A DNA stretch of 64,000 bases from a virus: IMG/VR virus record IMGVR_UViG_3300028569_002801, positions 32,001 to 96,000 of that record, one strand, 5' to 3'. A model generated the notes under the pieces. The model saw nothing but the letters and a program-made list of their open reading frames with translations, did no database searches and was not told the origin of the DNA. Positions 9,303 to 19,854 of this stretch are shown in pieces (the stretch's first letter is position 1; each line of letters begins with the position of its first letter). Made by a program: the position numbers and the translations under genes.

Positions 9303-10219
9303 TTTTTATCTTCCACATAATATGGTGTAATATCACCCCTTAGATCACAAACGTCCTTGTCTTTTGGTAGTTTGACGAGTTTTACTCTATTATAAAGGGC
9401 TCCACCATTCAGTTTATCGTACAGTTTTTTTGCGTCGTCGTACGCATCTCCATCAAGACAAATGATGATATCCTTTTTTGCCTTGGTATAGAGTTTTTCC
9501 CACATATTGTCATTGATATACTTACCAAGTAACGCAATTGAGTTTTCTAAAAAGAAGGAATCAAAAACTCCTTCCACAATATAAATGTCTTTTTTAAAAT
9601 CAATCAGACTTTCATTAAAGATTAAAAAGTCCTTTGCAGCTTCGGGGTTTTTATATTTAAGTTTTGATTTTGGATTCCAAGATCTAGAAACGAAAAAGTT
9701 TAGATCACCTTTTTTATTAAAAGACGGGACAATAATCCTTCCGGCGTATTCACCTTCAATACAAATACCTATTTGGAATTTATCTATAATTTCTTGTGTG
9801 ATTCCTCGTTTTTTAAGGTAATTAAAGGCTTCTTTTCTTGGTATATGGACTGGATGTATTTCATCAAACTTTTTATATTCCTTTGGTAGTTCTAATTCTT
9901 TAAAGACTTTTTCTTTCTTTTCAAACTTATCGGGACGTATTAACTTATATGTTTTCTTATCTTTTTTTGAACCAAATTGACTAATAAGTTTTCCTATGTG
10001 TCCGTGAGTGTCGTGAGTTTCCCCACAGGACCAACAATGGTAAACACTTTTTTCTAAAGAAACCTCCAAATTACCTTTACCATCACCTCTATCCAATCCC
10101 TTTATTTCGTAAGAACAAACAGGACAATCATACGCAATCTGACCAATACTATCGTCGTATTTATGTGGGTCACCTAAAAAATTATCTAATACGTCTTTTA
10201 ATATGTCATAATCCATCAT
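9299..10219 (-). CDS. DNA primase (zinc finger + TOPRIM)
   Basis: CPVC...HCWSC, YLKKRGI, GRIIVP, KYKNP, IVEGVFD, CLDGDA, KDVCD. Confidence 0.92.
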   Translation of the reverse strand: MMDYDILKDVLDNFLGDPHKYDDSIGQIAYDCPVCSYEIKGLDRGDGKGNLEVSLEKSVYHCWSCGETHDTHGHIGKLISQFGSKKDKKTYKLIRPDKFEKKEKVFKELELPKEYKKFDEIHPVHIPRKEAFNYLKKRGITQEIIDKFQIGICIEGEYAGRIIVPSFNKKGDLNFFVSRSWNPKSKLKYKNPEAAKDFLIFNESLIDFKKDIYIVEGVFDSFFLENSIALLGKYINDNMWEKLYTKAKKDIIICLDGDAYDDAKKLYDKLNGGALYNRVKLVKLPKDKDVCDLRGDITPYYVEDKK

Positions 10220-10249
10220 AAACTAATAATAGTAAAAGTTTTTAAATTA

Positions 10250-10771
10250 TCAAAACTTATTACTTTTAATATAATTTTCTAACGCCCATAATGGTTGTAA
10301 ATTTCCTAATGAATTAATCACTTTGGGGACCTCTTCTTTATCAAATGAAGATATTGGTTTTATATGGTCTATATGCCATAAACCGTAGTTTTCCCAAGAC
10401 ATCCCTTCTTTAAAGTTTTTTTCTAAATGTTGTTTAAGATCTTCCGCACTATAACCCAAAATATTTATTGTGTGATCTTTTTTTGAAATCTTTAAATGTT
10501 TTATTGTCCGATAAAGTAAAGTCCTCCAAGAATGGACATGTTTGTTTTTTTTATAATAGTTTTTATAAAATTCTTTTAAATAATCTTTATTATTTTCTCT
10601 AAACGTTTTGGCTCTTTTCCTATGTTCTATTTTTATATCTTCGTAATTTTCTTTAAAATTATTAGATCTACATATTTTGCACTGTTCCCTATAACCATCT
10701 TTTCTTCTTTTATGTTTATGAAATTCTGTTAATGGTTTTTCAATTTTACAAATTATACATACTTTACACAT
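10250..10771 (-). CDS. HNH homing endonuclease, paralogue of 5843..6556
   Basis: CIIC...CKIC; GMSWENYGLWHIDHIKPISS...NLQPLWALEN. Confidence 0.88.
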   Translation of the reverse strand: MCKVCIICKIEKPLTEFHKHKRRKDGYREQCKICRSNNFKENYEDIKIEHRKRAKTFRENNKDYLKEFYKNYYKKNKHVHSWRTLLYRTIKHLKISKKDHTINILGYSAEDLKQHLEKNFKEGMSWENYGLWHIDHIKPISSFDKEEVPKVINSLGNLQPLWALENYIKSNKF

Positions 10772-10795
10772 ACATTATATAAATATTTACAAAAT

Positions 10796-10822
10796 AAAAA
10801 ACCCACCTTTATGGGGTGGGTT
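10796..10822 (-). terminator. intrinsic terminator
   Basis: Minus strand AACCCACC-7 nt loop-GGTGGGTT followed by T-run. Confidence 0.75.
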
Positions 10823-10841
10823 AATAAAATATTTTATTTTT

Positions 10842-11333
10842 TTATTCGTCAGATGCATCGCAATAATCATAACACTTATCCTCTAATTCAGAACATTCTA
10901 TTTCAAATTTTTGCATTCCACCAAAGAATTTTTTCTTACCTCTTAAATATAATTGGTTTTTTTCGCAATCATAAAATAATTCTAATTTAGTATCCATTCC
11001 TGGTTCCCAATTTTCTCCTCGTTCATATAAAAATTTATGTAGTTTTTTGTTACAACCTTCTTCAGGTCCATTTTCAAAAAATATAGGGTTATTTGACATG
11101 TCTACAACTTCTAATATGCTGTTACAACCTAACCCGTCTTTGGTTTGTGTTTCACAAGCAGCACCACGTAATACAACTTCCATAATTTCTAAACCACAAC
11201 TTGGATCAATTATCGTAAATTCTTTACCTCTAACTTTCATATCTAATTTAGAAATTCCAGATTCTGATTCTTTAATTATTCGTCTAACTATTCTAGTTAA
11301 ATCCGATTCAGTAAGTTTAATAATTTTTTTCAT
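10842..11333 (-). CDS. hypothetical Cys-rich protein with MKKIIKLTESDL leader (possible head-internal protein)
   Basis: N-terminal LTESDLxxIVxxIIKE leader, 8 Cys; own upstream motif and terminator. Confidence 0.6.
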   Translation of the reverse strand: MKKIIKLTESDLTRIVRRIIKESESGISKLDMKVRGKEFTIIDPSCGLEIMEVVLRGAACETQTKDGLGCNSILEVVDMSNNPIFFENGPEEGCNKKLHKFLYERGENWEPGMDTKLELFYDCEKNQLYLRGKKKFFGGMQKFEIECSELEDKCYDYCDASDE

Positions 11334-11390
11334 TATTTTTTTTTAATTATTTATAATAATAAATATACGTTAGTTGTAAAAAAAACTAGT

Positions 11391-11996
11391 TTACCAAATC
11401 TTTTCTTGGTTCATATAACCAAGTACACAAGTGTAAGAATCCGCCATATCATAACACTCTTTCTTAAGTGTGTTATTTTTAGTATATAACCAAGTAATTT
11501 GTGGTTCTTTGTCTGATACCTTTTTCCAAATTAATTCTTTTTTGTCAATGTCTTTTGGTAATCCTCCAAATAGTACGTGTTTCCCTTTATCGTTTTGTTG
11601 TACAAAATCGGGCCAAGCATATTTTCTTGAATTATATGTAGATATATAATTAGGTACTATACCTAAAATATCATATATAGATTTGGTAATCATTGAATTA
11701 TATCTTAATAATGTTCCTACTGTCCACACATTATTAGAATTTAATAGTGGTTCTTCAATGATAACTTTAGATATCCCTAAGTTTTTATATCCTTGTAGTT
11801 TTTCTTCAAATAGATTTACCTTTAATAATAACTCGTGTATCTTATCGTCTACTTTTGGTTTTATAGTAGGAGAGAAATGAGTTAACTCTAAAAGTTCTTT
11901 TGTTTTAATATCAAATAAACTCCACCCTATTGTTTTGGTAGAGATATCCAACCCCAACACTTTAGGGGTATTTTTAAAATCTGATTTTTCTGACAT
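11391..11996 (-). CDS. RuvC-like Holliday junction resolvase
   Basis: VLGLDISTKTIG, VIIEEP and YDMADS acidic residues of the RNase H fold. Confidence 0.85.
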   Translation of the reverse strand: MSEKSDFKNTPKVLGLDISTKTIGWSLFDIKTKELLELTHFSPTIKPKVDDKIHELLLKVNLFEEKLQGYKNLGISKVIIEEPLLNSNNVWTVGTLLRYNSMITKSIYDILGIVPNYISTYNSRKYAWPDFVQQNDKGKHVLFGGLPKDIDKKELIWKKVSDKEPQITWLYTKNNTLKKECYDMADSYTCVLGYMNQEKIW

Positions 11997-12000
11997 ATAA

Positions 12001-14214
12001 TTAAAAATCTAACTTAATCGGATACTGTTGTATTCCCTGTCTTTTTTCAGGTGATTGTATCTTCGATATAACCATAAGTTCTTTATTTGCGTTGTAAAGA
12101 GCAACTTCTGTTACGTATGGTGGTGTTGAATTATTCCAAGTTGGGTTAGACGAATCAAAGAATTGTGTCTGTCCTAAATTACAAAGGAAGTTCATTACAT
12201 AGATAGTCGCTTGAATATCTATTTCTATATTACCAAAGAAATAGTATTCACCCCCAAAATTTAAAGTTAAACCTGTTTGTCCTACCTGTGGTAATTGTAT
12301 GTAATTATTTAAATCGTAAGTAGGTGCGGTATCGTACATATTTTTTGTAATCTGTATAGTAGTCCCCGTCATACCGGTTTGTGTTAAATAATTATTTACA
12401 GTTGTTGCCGATATTTGTGAATAAACATCAATTTCTTTCCATAATGTCGATGATGGTCTTGTGGTTCCGCTACCAACTTTTTGAGCCAATATTTTTATAT
12501 TATTTGCAGTAAACCCTGAAGGTAATCCTGATATATTTTCTTGTAAGAATGGGAACTCATTACCGAACCTTACTAATATGTCTGATGCTCCTGGTAGTAA
12601 ACTCTGATCATTACCCGTTATTTCAGAATAATAATTACAATGTAAGGAATTGGTAAATCCTGTGTTTTCAAACAAATATGTTAAAAACAAAGACTCACTG
12701 CTACCTGTTAATAAACCTGCGGTTCCACCTAAAACACCACTAAAGGTATTTGGTGTTACTAACCCTAATTTAGGTGCGGGTAAAGTCCAAGAACGATTAG
12801 ACTTGTAGTTTAAAGCCGCAATTATTTCATCGTCATCAAAAACAATTATTTTTAAATCAGGAAAAACTTTACCTATTCTATTTGGTTGTCCGTTAGTATT
12901 TGCGTGTGTATCCCATAAATGGTAATACCTTAAACCAGGTGCGTTAAAATTTTGATCTTTTTTAGATTTAATATAATGTAATTCAAATAAGTTTTGGTTA
13001 GTAAATCCTGAAGGATCAGTATAGAATACCTCACCTATTGTTGCGTTTGGATTTTTATGCCACATTAACCACGGAATTGATAATTTAAAATTACGAGCCT
13101 GTCCTGTATTACCTGGATTTGTTGGATCATAGTCTTCCATAGCGAATTTTTCACCGTAGAAGTTATCAATTGATTGGTTTGTGTAGTGAACAATAGCAAT
13201 AGCTTTTTGATCCACAGGGGATACCGTAATTTCCTCTAAAAATGAATTATAATAATAAACAGAATCAGTATCTAACTGACCTTCTTCACTATTGTAACCT
13301 AAATACTCTTTAGTGTTGGTATATCCCGTTGATTTAAATTGATTAAAGTCTTGGTATGTGTTACTGAATAATCCTGCGGGTGATTCAGTCCAAGGTATGT
13401 TCATATTCCAAACATAAACATTTCTTTGTGATACGTCACAGTTTGTTTCAAAATTAAAAACATCTGTCGCCCAAAAAGGTTCAGGGGTAAAGGTATCATA
13501 CATTACTGTCATACCACTAGGGTAAAAAACAATACTAGAACTTCCACTTAACCCCATAGAATTAAAATTAGGTAGGTTCCTATCTACTTCAACATTTATT
13601 GTTGTTGCTGTAGAACTATCACCTGTAACTGAAACCACCAAATATGTAAACATAGGTGTTGCAGCAGATAATGGTTGTATGTTATCAGTACTAAAAAGTG
13701 TTAAAAACATTCCCGGAGTCACCGTACCTGAAACTGAGGTGTTAATACTTGTAGCTGAAAGTGTTAAAACATTACCTGACGTGATTCCTGAATTTTGAAT
13801 TACAAAATTAGGGTTAATGGTATATGCTGATGAGGTAAAGGCACTGAAATTAATTGATGTTCCTGTTGAACCACTGAAAAACCCTCTTGGTGCCGCACTA
13901 TTATAAACACTATCAATATACGAATTATCAAAAGGAACACCAAAAGTACTTCCCGATGTTGAATCAATAAAAAGTGGATACTTAATATGCATTCTATTTT
14001 TTTGGGGTACCGGTGATAAATTTTGAGCATTGTACTGTGGCATTAATACATTATAATCAACCATATCCATGTTTGATACGCAATCATAACAAACCTCACT
14101 ATCACCTATTTGGAAATACGCAATGTCAAATTTACCTTGTGATATTTTTTTTCTTGCCGCATCAGTCATTAATGTGTTTATTAATGCTGCGGTATTTTTT
14201 ATGATGTATGACAT
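12001..14214 (-). CDS. virion structural protein, tail collar/baseplate fibre-attachment-like
   Basis: N-terminal LMTDAARKKISQGKFDIAYFQIGDSE and C-terminal YVTEVALYNANKELMVISK patterns; T/S/N/G-rich. Confidence 0.6.
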   Translation of the reverse strand: MSYIIKNTAALINTLMTDAARKKISQGKFDIAYFQIGDSEVCYDCVSNMDMVDYNVLMPQYNAQNLSPVPQKNRMHIKYPLFIDSTSGSTFGVPFDNSYIDSVYNSAAPRGFFSGSTGTSINFSAFTSSAYTINPNFVIQNSGITSGNVLTLSATSINTSVSGTVTPGMFLTLFSTDNIQPLSAATPMFTYLVVSVTGDSSTATTINVEVDRNLPNFNSMGLSGSSSIVFYPSGMTVMYDTFTPEPFWATDVFNFETNCDVSQRNVYVWNMNIPWTESPAGLFSNTYQDFNQFKSTGYTNTKEYLGYNSEEGQLDTDSVYYYNSFLEEITVSPVDQKAIAIVHYTNQSIDNFYGEKFAMEDYDPTNPGNTGQARNFKLSIPWLMWHKNPNATIGEVFYTDPSGFTNQNLFELHYIKSKKDQNFNAPGLRYYHLWDTHANTNGQPNRIGKVFPDLKIIVFDDDEIIAALNYKSNRSWTLPAPKLGLVTPNTFSGVLGGTAGLLTGSSESLFLTYLFENTGFTNSLHCNYYSEITGNDQSLLPGASDILVRFGNEFPFLQENISGLPSGFTANNIKILAQKVGSGTTRPSSTLWKEIDVYSQISATTVNNYLTQTGMTGTTIQITKNMYDTAPTYDLNNYIQLPQVGQTGLTLNFGGEYYFFGNIEIDIQATIYVMNFLCNLGQTQFFDSSNPTWNNSTPPYVTEVALYNANKELMVISKIQSPEKRQGIQQYPIKLDF

Positions 14215-14245
14215 ATTATATAAATACTATTTTTTATATTTTTAT

Positions 14246-15847
14246 TTAACCAACTCTTATAGGTCTTGGACATATTAATCCAGTTTTTACCAATATCACT
14301 TCTTGAGGGTTAACAGAAGAGTTAACCGATTTACATAATGTAGGTGTTATTGTTATGTTTTGTATATTAACACTATCTTTTATCATTCCAAATAAATTGC
14401 AATGATCGCTTTCAACACAAGGAGTGTTTATGTATTGTACGATAGTTCCTGATATGGTCCCACTACCCGATAATTGTACAGTATAAGAAGTTGTGTAAGA
14501 ACTTAAATTTATATTACCTACTTCACACGCTGGATTAAAAGATGTTGATCCAACTGTCGATCCGGTTGTTGGTGATGATATCGTAAACCCACCTGTTTGG
14601 TTTGTTGTGATATTATTACTATAACTAATCGTAGGTGAAGTAATCGTATAAGCAGTTGTATTAACATTAAATAATAAATTCATATTAATAACGGTACCTA
14701 CAGGTAAAGGGTATGGACTAACACTTATCGACCAATTAGAGGTTTTTGTTGTTGAGTTACCTACCGTTATATTTGAACCAGGTGTTAAAATCAAACTTAC
14801 GTTATAATTTTGAAATAATTGTTGTGGTGTTAAAATCACTGTTTGACTTATAACTGTTAAATTAGAATCCTTAACATAAACAGTGTAAGTACCAGAAGAT
14901 AAACCAATAAAAGTATTAGATACTTGGTAATTTACAGAATCAATGGAATATAAATATGGTGATAATCCACCATTAGGGGTTATTGTTATAGAACCGTTAC
15001 TTGTTGTAGAACAAGTTGGGTTTGTCTTATTAACTGTCATTGTTAATGGTGGTGTTTGACAAATACCTGAGCTAACATATACAGTTGATCCATACGATAA
15101 TTGTCCGGTTAATGTCCAATTACCTGTTGGTGGTATAGTTGGTGATGCATAATATAAACCTCCCGGATATGTCCACCCACTAACGTTCCATTGTGTTGTA
15201 CCTGTATTATAATATATTGTTTGTGTATTGCTTGTCCAAGACGGATATCCATTTATTGTTGATCCTGAATTAAAATTAAATTGTGTTATATTTGTCCCTT
15301 GAGTAAGTTGTAAACACAAATCGTTTGGATATACGGGTGTCGGTGTAGGTGGTGGTAGACATTCGGTACAACCTGTAAACGGTCCATCAGATACTATTGG
15401 GAAATTACCAATATAAGTTTGTCCTGTATATAATGTTGTTCCACTGTTTGTCCAACAACCTATTTGTGTTGTTAACTGATAAACTGATCCACCACTTAAT
15501 GGGTTAACTAAATCTGCTAAATAATAAATAAAATTACCGGGAGTTTTACAATCCTCAAATGTATCGAGATAAAAACTATCATAACCAACGGTACATGTTG
15601 TTGTCGCGGTAAAATCGCCATAATAATCAACAACAGTCGCGGTATAATTACCGGGACTTAAATTAGTTAATAATGTCCCTTGTGAACCATTGTTCCAAGT
15701 AACATTATACGGAGACGTTCCTCCTGTTACAAATAACGCAATTAACCCATTGGTTGATTGAGGTGTTGACGCATTTATACTATCACACTCCAACCCCAAA
15801 GGTAAAATTGTTATGATATTACAACTATTTCCACTTAATTGTCCCAT
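14246..15847 (-). CDS. SprB-repeat-containing virion appendage protein
   Basis: GGTSPYNVTWNNG...NLSPGNYTATVVD and GGLSPYLYSID...GLSSGTYTVYVKD repeats; PPPTPTP linker. Confidence 0.75.
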   Translation of the reverse strand: MGQLSGNSCNIITILPLGLECDSINASTPQSTNGLIALFVTGGTSPYNVTWNNGSQGTLLTNLSPGNYTATVVDYYGDFTATTTCTVGYDSFYLDTFEDCKTPGNFIYYLADLVNPLSGGSVYQLTTQIGCWTNSGTTLYTGQTYIGNFPIVSDGPFTGCTECLPPPTPTPVYPNDLCLQLTQGTNITQFNFNSGSTINGYPSWTSNTQTIYYNTGTTQWNVSGWTYPGGLYYASPTIPPTGNWTLTGQLSYGSTVYVSSGICQTPPLTMTVNKTNPTCSTTSNGSITITPNGGLSPYLYSIDSVNYQVSNTFIGLSSGTYTVYVKDSNLTVISQTVILTPQQLFQNYNVSLILTPGSNITVGNSTTKTSNWSISVSPYPLPVGTVINMNLLFNVNTTAYTITSPTISYSNNITTNQTGGFTISSPTTGSTVGSTSFNPACEVGNINLSSYTTSYTVQLSGSGTISGTIVQYINTPCVESDHCNLFGMIKDSVNIQNITITPTLCKSVNSSVNPQEVILVKTGLICPRPIRVG

Positions 15848-15848
15848 A

Positions 15849-17684
15849 TTAGAATGTTGAACCGCTTAATTGTTTCCATCCACTGTTATCCTTATAATAA
15901 AGGTAATTATTATCCCAAGTTATTGAACCTGGTTCACCTGTAGTGTCAACACTACTTGTTGGTGTGTATGAGGTACTAATTACAAAATTAGGTACGTAAG
16001 TTGTATCCGAATTAATGGCATTAATACCTGTTCCTCCTAATACAACGCTTCTAGATCCACTTACTGTGTTATTTCCACCCCCAATAATTGCGGACATAAA
16101 TGAATTAACAGTGTTTCCTGAACCACCAATAATTGCAGATTGTTTAACATCATCAGACGGAGATAAAAAGGTTATTTCATTTTCATATCCACCAAGTATC
16201 GCCCCACCATCAGTATCACCACTAGTTACTATATTATTCATTCCACCTAATGATACTGATAAGGGTCCGTTAGACTCATTATTATCTCCGTGTGTAAAGG
16301 ATACAATACCGTAAGAAACCGTCCCGACACCACCAGCATGTGAATTATCACCACTCGCTAATGTTCCTTTATTTTGTGAATGTGAATATTGTCCCGATGC
16401 AATTGTAAAGTCTCCTTCGGCGTGTGAGCCAATACCTATGGCATTACTTCCTGAACCTTCACTATGTGAATAATCACCATAGGATGTCGTTAAAAACCCT
16501 TCAGCATGTCCATAGATACCATATGTATACGATTGCCCTTCTGATGATGAATACAAACCAATACTATAAGAACCAGATCCTTTGGATGTTGATCCGTCAC
16601 CTATTGCCTGTGTTCTTTGTCCTGTTGCGTTTGCATTACGTCCCCCAAAAACTTGATTACCTCCCCATGATGATGGAGGATTTGTATCTGACATAATTGC
16701 TTGTGCTCCTAATGTATCGACTGATGTGTCATATAAATAAACTATAGTATTTGTACCATCAAATGTTACCGCACTAACACTAAATACAGATGACGGGTAT
16801 AATGAAGAATATGAAATATCATCAAAAAATACAAATGAAGTTGTTCCTGTCGTAAAGTTTAGTGAAACGTCACTATATGAAGAATCTAAAGTACATATCC
16901 CTGCGGTACACCCTGTTAATAAATAACCGTCATTTGATCCTGTTTTGGTTAGAGTGCCATTTGCATGTGAGTAGTTCCCATAAGTTCTACTACCGTTACC
17001 CAATGAAAATGATAATGTTCCATAAGCGTTAGAACCGTTAGTTTGTGTTTCATCCCATATTGAGATGGGTGAACATCCGTGAACGTTTCTTACATAAAAA
17101 TCAACAAAACAATTTCCTGAAGATGATCCAGGTAGATTATAGTATGTTGTTGCACTTATGGTATTTGCGGTTAAACCATTTGTAAAATTAGTCGGACCAT
17201 TAACTGTTCCTCCTGTAAATACACTACTACCACCTGTAGTTAAACCCGTTACCGTGAACGTACCTCCTTGATTATTTGTGAATGTAATCGTGTCAATACT
17301 AAACGTTCCTCCTGTAACATATGTGTCTCCTGTAATTTGTACTCCGTTAACAAAAAGGGTACTAGCGGATAGTGTATTAGCCGTTACACCATTACTAAAA
17401 ATAGTCGCACCTGGAACTGTACCACCCGTAAATACGGAACCTGAAGTGACTCCCGTTATATTTACCGTACCTCCGGTACTATTAGTGATAGTTATTGTAC
17501 CTGTACCACTATTATATGTTCCGCCGGTAATAGTCACAGAAGGGTATGCGTCAAACACTTGTTGTATTGATGCTTTATAAGATGACCCCGCAGGATCTTG
17601 TGATGTATCTCCTGTTATTACGATGTGAAGTAAATCGTCTACGGTTACTCCACTCGCTAAGGTTCTTGTTGTTAATTTTGCCAT
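15849..17684 (-). CDS. tail fibre/adhesin with YadA-head-like repeats
   Basis: TGGT shaft repeats, 14-aa SHAEG/SHSEG repeats, GGxxN-SAII repeats, fibre-tip-like C-terminus. Confidence 0.75.
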   Translation of the reverse strand: MAKLTTRTLASGVTVDDLLHIVITGDTSQDPAGSSYKASIQQVFDAYPSVTITGGTYNSGTGTITITNSTGGTVNITGVTSGSVFTGGTVPGATIFSNGVTANTLSASTLFVNGVQITGDTYVTGGTFSIDTITFTNNQGGTFTVTGLTTGGSSVFTGGTVNGPTNFTNGLTANTISATTYYNLPGSSSGNCFVDFYVRNVHGCSPISIWDETQTNGSNAYGTLSFSLGNGSRTYGNYSHANGTLTKTGSNDGYLLTGCTAGICTLDSSYSDVSLNFTTGTTSFVFFDDISYSSLYPSSVFSVSAVTFDGTNTIVYLYDTSVDTLGAQAIMSDTNPPSSWGGNQVFGGRNANATGQRTQAIGDGSTSKGSGSYSIGLYSSSEGQSYTYGIYGHAEGFLTTSYGDYSHSEGSGSNAIGIGSHAEGDFTIASGQYSHSQNKGTLASGDNSHAGGVGTVSYGIVSFTHGDNNESNGPLSVSLGGMNNIVTSGDTDGGAILGGYENEITFLSPSDDVKQSAIIGGSGNTVNSFMSAIIGGGNNTVSGSRSVVLGGTGINAINSDTTYVPNFVISTSYTPTSSVDTTGEPGSITWDNNYLYYKDNSGWKQLSGSTF

Positions 17685-17708
17685 TTCTTTTTTATAATAT
17701 ATATAAGT

Positions 17709-17990
17709 TTATTGAAATTCATATGGTACTCCATCCATAAATTCAAATAAATCTGAATTTTGGAATTGTTTATAGTATATTTCAGTATCACAATAAACAC
17801 ACCCGTTATCATCAATTATTTTTACAACGTAACTAGTGTATGTTTCATATATCGCGGGTAATGTAAATGTGTATGGTATTGTTGGTGTTGTGTCTATGTA
17901 TTGACAAGTACCATAACAGGTGTCACAAACCCATATATCGTATGGTGATGTTCCTGATGTTACTGAATTAATTGTTACTATTGTTGACAT
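17709..17990 (-). CDS. small single SprB/Ig-like module protein (putative fibre adaptor)
   Basis: SGTSPYDIWVCD...VKIIDDNGC plus C-terminal FQNSDLFEFMDGVPYEFQ; paralogue of 21689..21976. Confidence 0.7.
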   Translation of the reverse strand: MSTIVTINSVTSGTSPYDIWVCDTCYGTCQYIDTTPTIPYTFTLPAIYETYTSYVVKIIDDNGCVYCDTEIYYKQFQNSDLFEFMDGVPYEFQ

Positions 17991-17994
17991 AATT

Positions 17995-19791
17995 TTAACA
18001 GTTTCCGTTTGGTGTGCATCTGAATGTTAACTTACCGTTACCGTCAACCTCAAATATTTGTGATATTGCATTACCACTTTGGTTGATAGGTACTTTTATG
18101 TATGTTAAACTCAAAGGTATTGTTAATGAACTATCTTCGTAAGCATATACTCCTGTTTGTATTGTATTCACATTAAATGATGTGAAGAAATTACCCACGA
18201 CACCAAAATTAGTGAGTTCACAAATAGGACAAGAGAGTGAAAATTCTCCTGATGCTCTCCATTCTTTATATTTTGGGGTCGGTGTTGGTTCAGGAGCTAA
18301 ACATTCTAAACAAGTAACATATGTTGTTGCAGTAGTCGCAGTAAAAGTATCTTGTGTTACTGATATAAATCCTGATGGTGGTGTATAACCCACATAGTTA
18401 CCGATATAATTATAACAATCCCCTGTGGTTTTTAAGATATCACCAATCAATACGTTTATCGGTGGATATGCGTTTTGTATAATCATGGTATTATTAGTAC
18501 AAGACGTGAATATAAATTGTGTTCCCATAGGGTATGATATTGGTATTGGTAACGCACATTCGGTATCGTCCGTACAAGTATTTCCCGATAATATCGTAGT
18601 TGTTCCTGTTACACAAGTAAATGATACGGTATTCTCTTGAGCACAAATACCAAAACTTGTATTACCCGTTATTATTAATGTTTCAGAGTTTCCTGAACAA
18701 CCAACCCAATTTACAGTACAACCACTTTCACTTGTTACCGTATAACAATAACATTGTGGAGTTGGTGTAGGTGTTGGTGTAGGTGTCGGCGTTACACAAA
18801 CCGAACAATCTGAATAAACGTCTAATACTTGTATTAAGTTTCTATTTGAAGATGCGGTTGTTTTACCGATATACGTTACACACTGTATTTGATTTGACGC
18901 ACTTCCGTATAAAAGTGCTAAGAATGTAGTTCCCGTACTAACAACAGACCCTGAATATGTTATTGGTTCTGTAATATAATAATGTTCACCCGTATCACAG
19001 TCCAATAAGTCTTTAACTGACGAACAAACAAAATCTCCGCTATCAACAACAAATGTTACTGTATCCGCCGATGGTGTTACAGGGCAATATGATGGTGTTG
19101 GTGTCGGAGTTGGTGTCGGAGTTGGTGTTGTCCCTGAAGTGGATATCGTTATTGTGGCAGTAAACGCACTACATATATCTGGTGTTGGTGTGGGAGTCGG
19201 TGTAGGTGTAGGGGTGGGGGTTGGTGTCAGAGTAGGTGTCGGGGTTGGAATATCACATTCTAACAATACGTCAAAATCTAAATCTGAACACGGATCTGTA
19301 GGAATTGGTGTTATTGAACATATTCCTTCGTACATTATGGTACTATCTAAATCGGGACATCCGTATGTTGTTGGGTTCTGCCCAAAAAAATCACAGGTTC
19401 CACCTAATGAATTACTTAAACACCAATTTGTTCCGTTAAAAAATATGTATCTCGGATTAGTTCCTCCTGTCCAATAATAATCCCCGCCATAATTACCTTC
19501 TAATGTATATGTGCCGTTATACCCACTATATGAACTAATAGGTATTGATAAGCAATAGTTATTTTGACAATACCCACTACAAAGTGAGTCATTACAGTCA
19601 GTAACCAAAGTAGCAACACCATCGATTGTAACGGTACTATTTACCAATGACCCAATAGTATAACAACCATCAGGTATATTTGTGTCACCCGTAATATTAA
19701 AGACTAAACCGAGCGTTGTCGAATAACTCCACCCACTTACACTAAAGTTTACACTACTATTTAAACAACTTTCTATGTTAACTAATGCCAT
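17995..19791 (-). CDS. Cys-rich modular protein with four (Thr-Pro)n linkers, putative virion appendage
   Basis: Small Cys-containing beta domains separated by PTPTPT tracts. Confidence 0.75.
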   Translation of the reverse strand: MALVNIESCLNSSVNFSVSGWSYSTTLGLVFNITGDTNIPDGCYTIGSLVNSTVTIDGVATLVTDCNDSLCSGYCQNNYCLSIPISSYSGYNGTYTLEGNYGGDYYWTGGTNPRYIFFNGTNWCLSNSLGGTCDFFGQNPTTYGCPDLDSTIMYEGICSITPIPTDPCSDLDFDVLLECDIPTPTPTLTPTPTPTPTPTPTPTPDICSAFTATITISTSGTTPTPTPTPTPTPSYCPVTPSADTVTFVVDSGDFVCSSVKDLLDCDTGEHYYITEPITYSGSVVSTGTTFLALLYGSASNQIQCVTYIGKTTASSNRNLIQVLDVYSDCSVCVTPTPTPTPTPTPQCYCYTVTSESGCTVNWVGCSGNSETLIITGNTSFGICAQENTVSFTCVTGTTTILSGNTCTDDTECALPIPISYPMGTQFIFTSCTNNTMIIQNAYPPINVLIGDILKTTGDCYNYIGNYVGYTPPSGFISVTQDTFTATTATTYVTCLECLAPEPTPTPKYKEWRASGEFSLSCPICELTNFGVVGNFFTSFNVNTIQTGVYAYEDSSLTIPLSLTYIKVPINQSGNAISQIFEVDGNGKLTFRCTPNGNC

Positions 19792-19854
19792 TGAATTATT
19801 ACTTTATTATATAAATAATCAAAAGTTTATTTTATTGATGGTTTGTTTTTAAAA

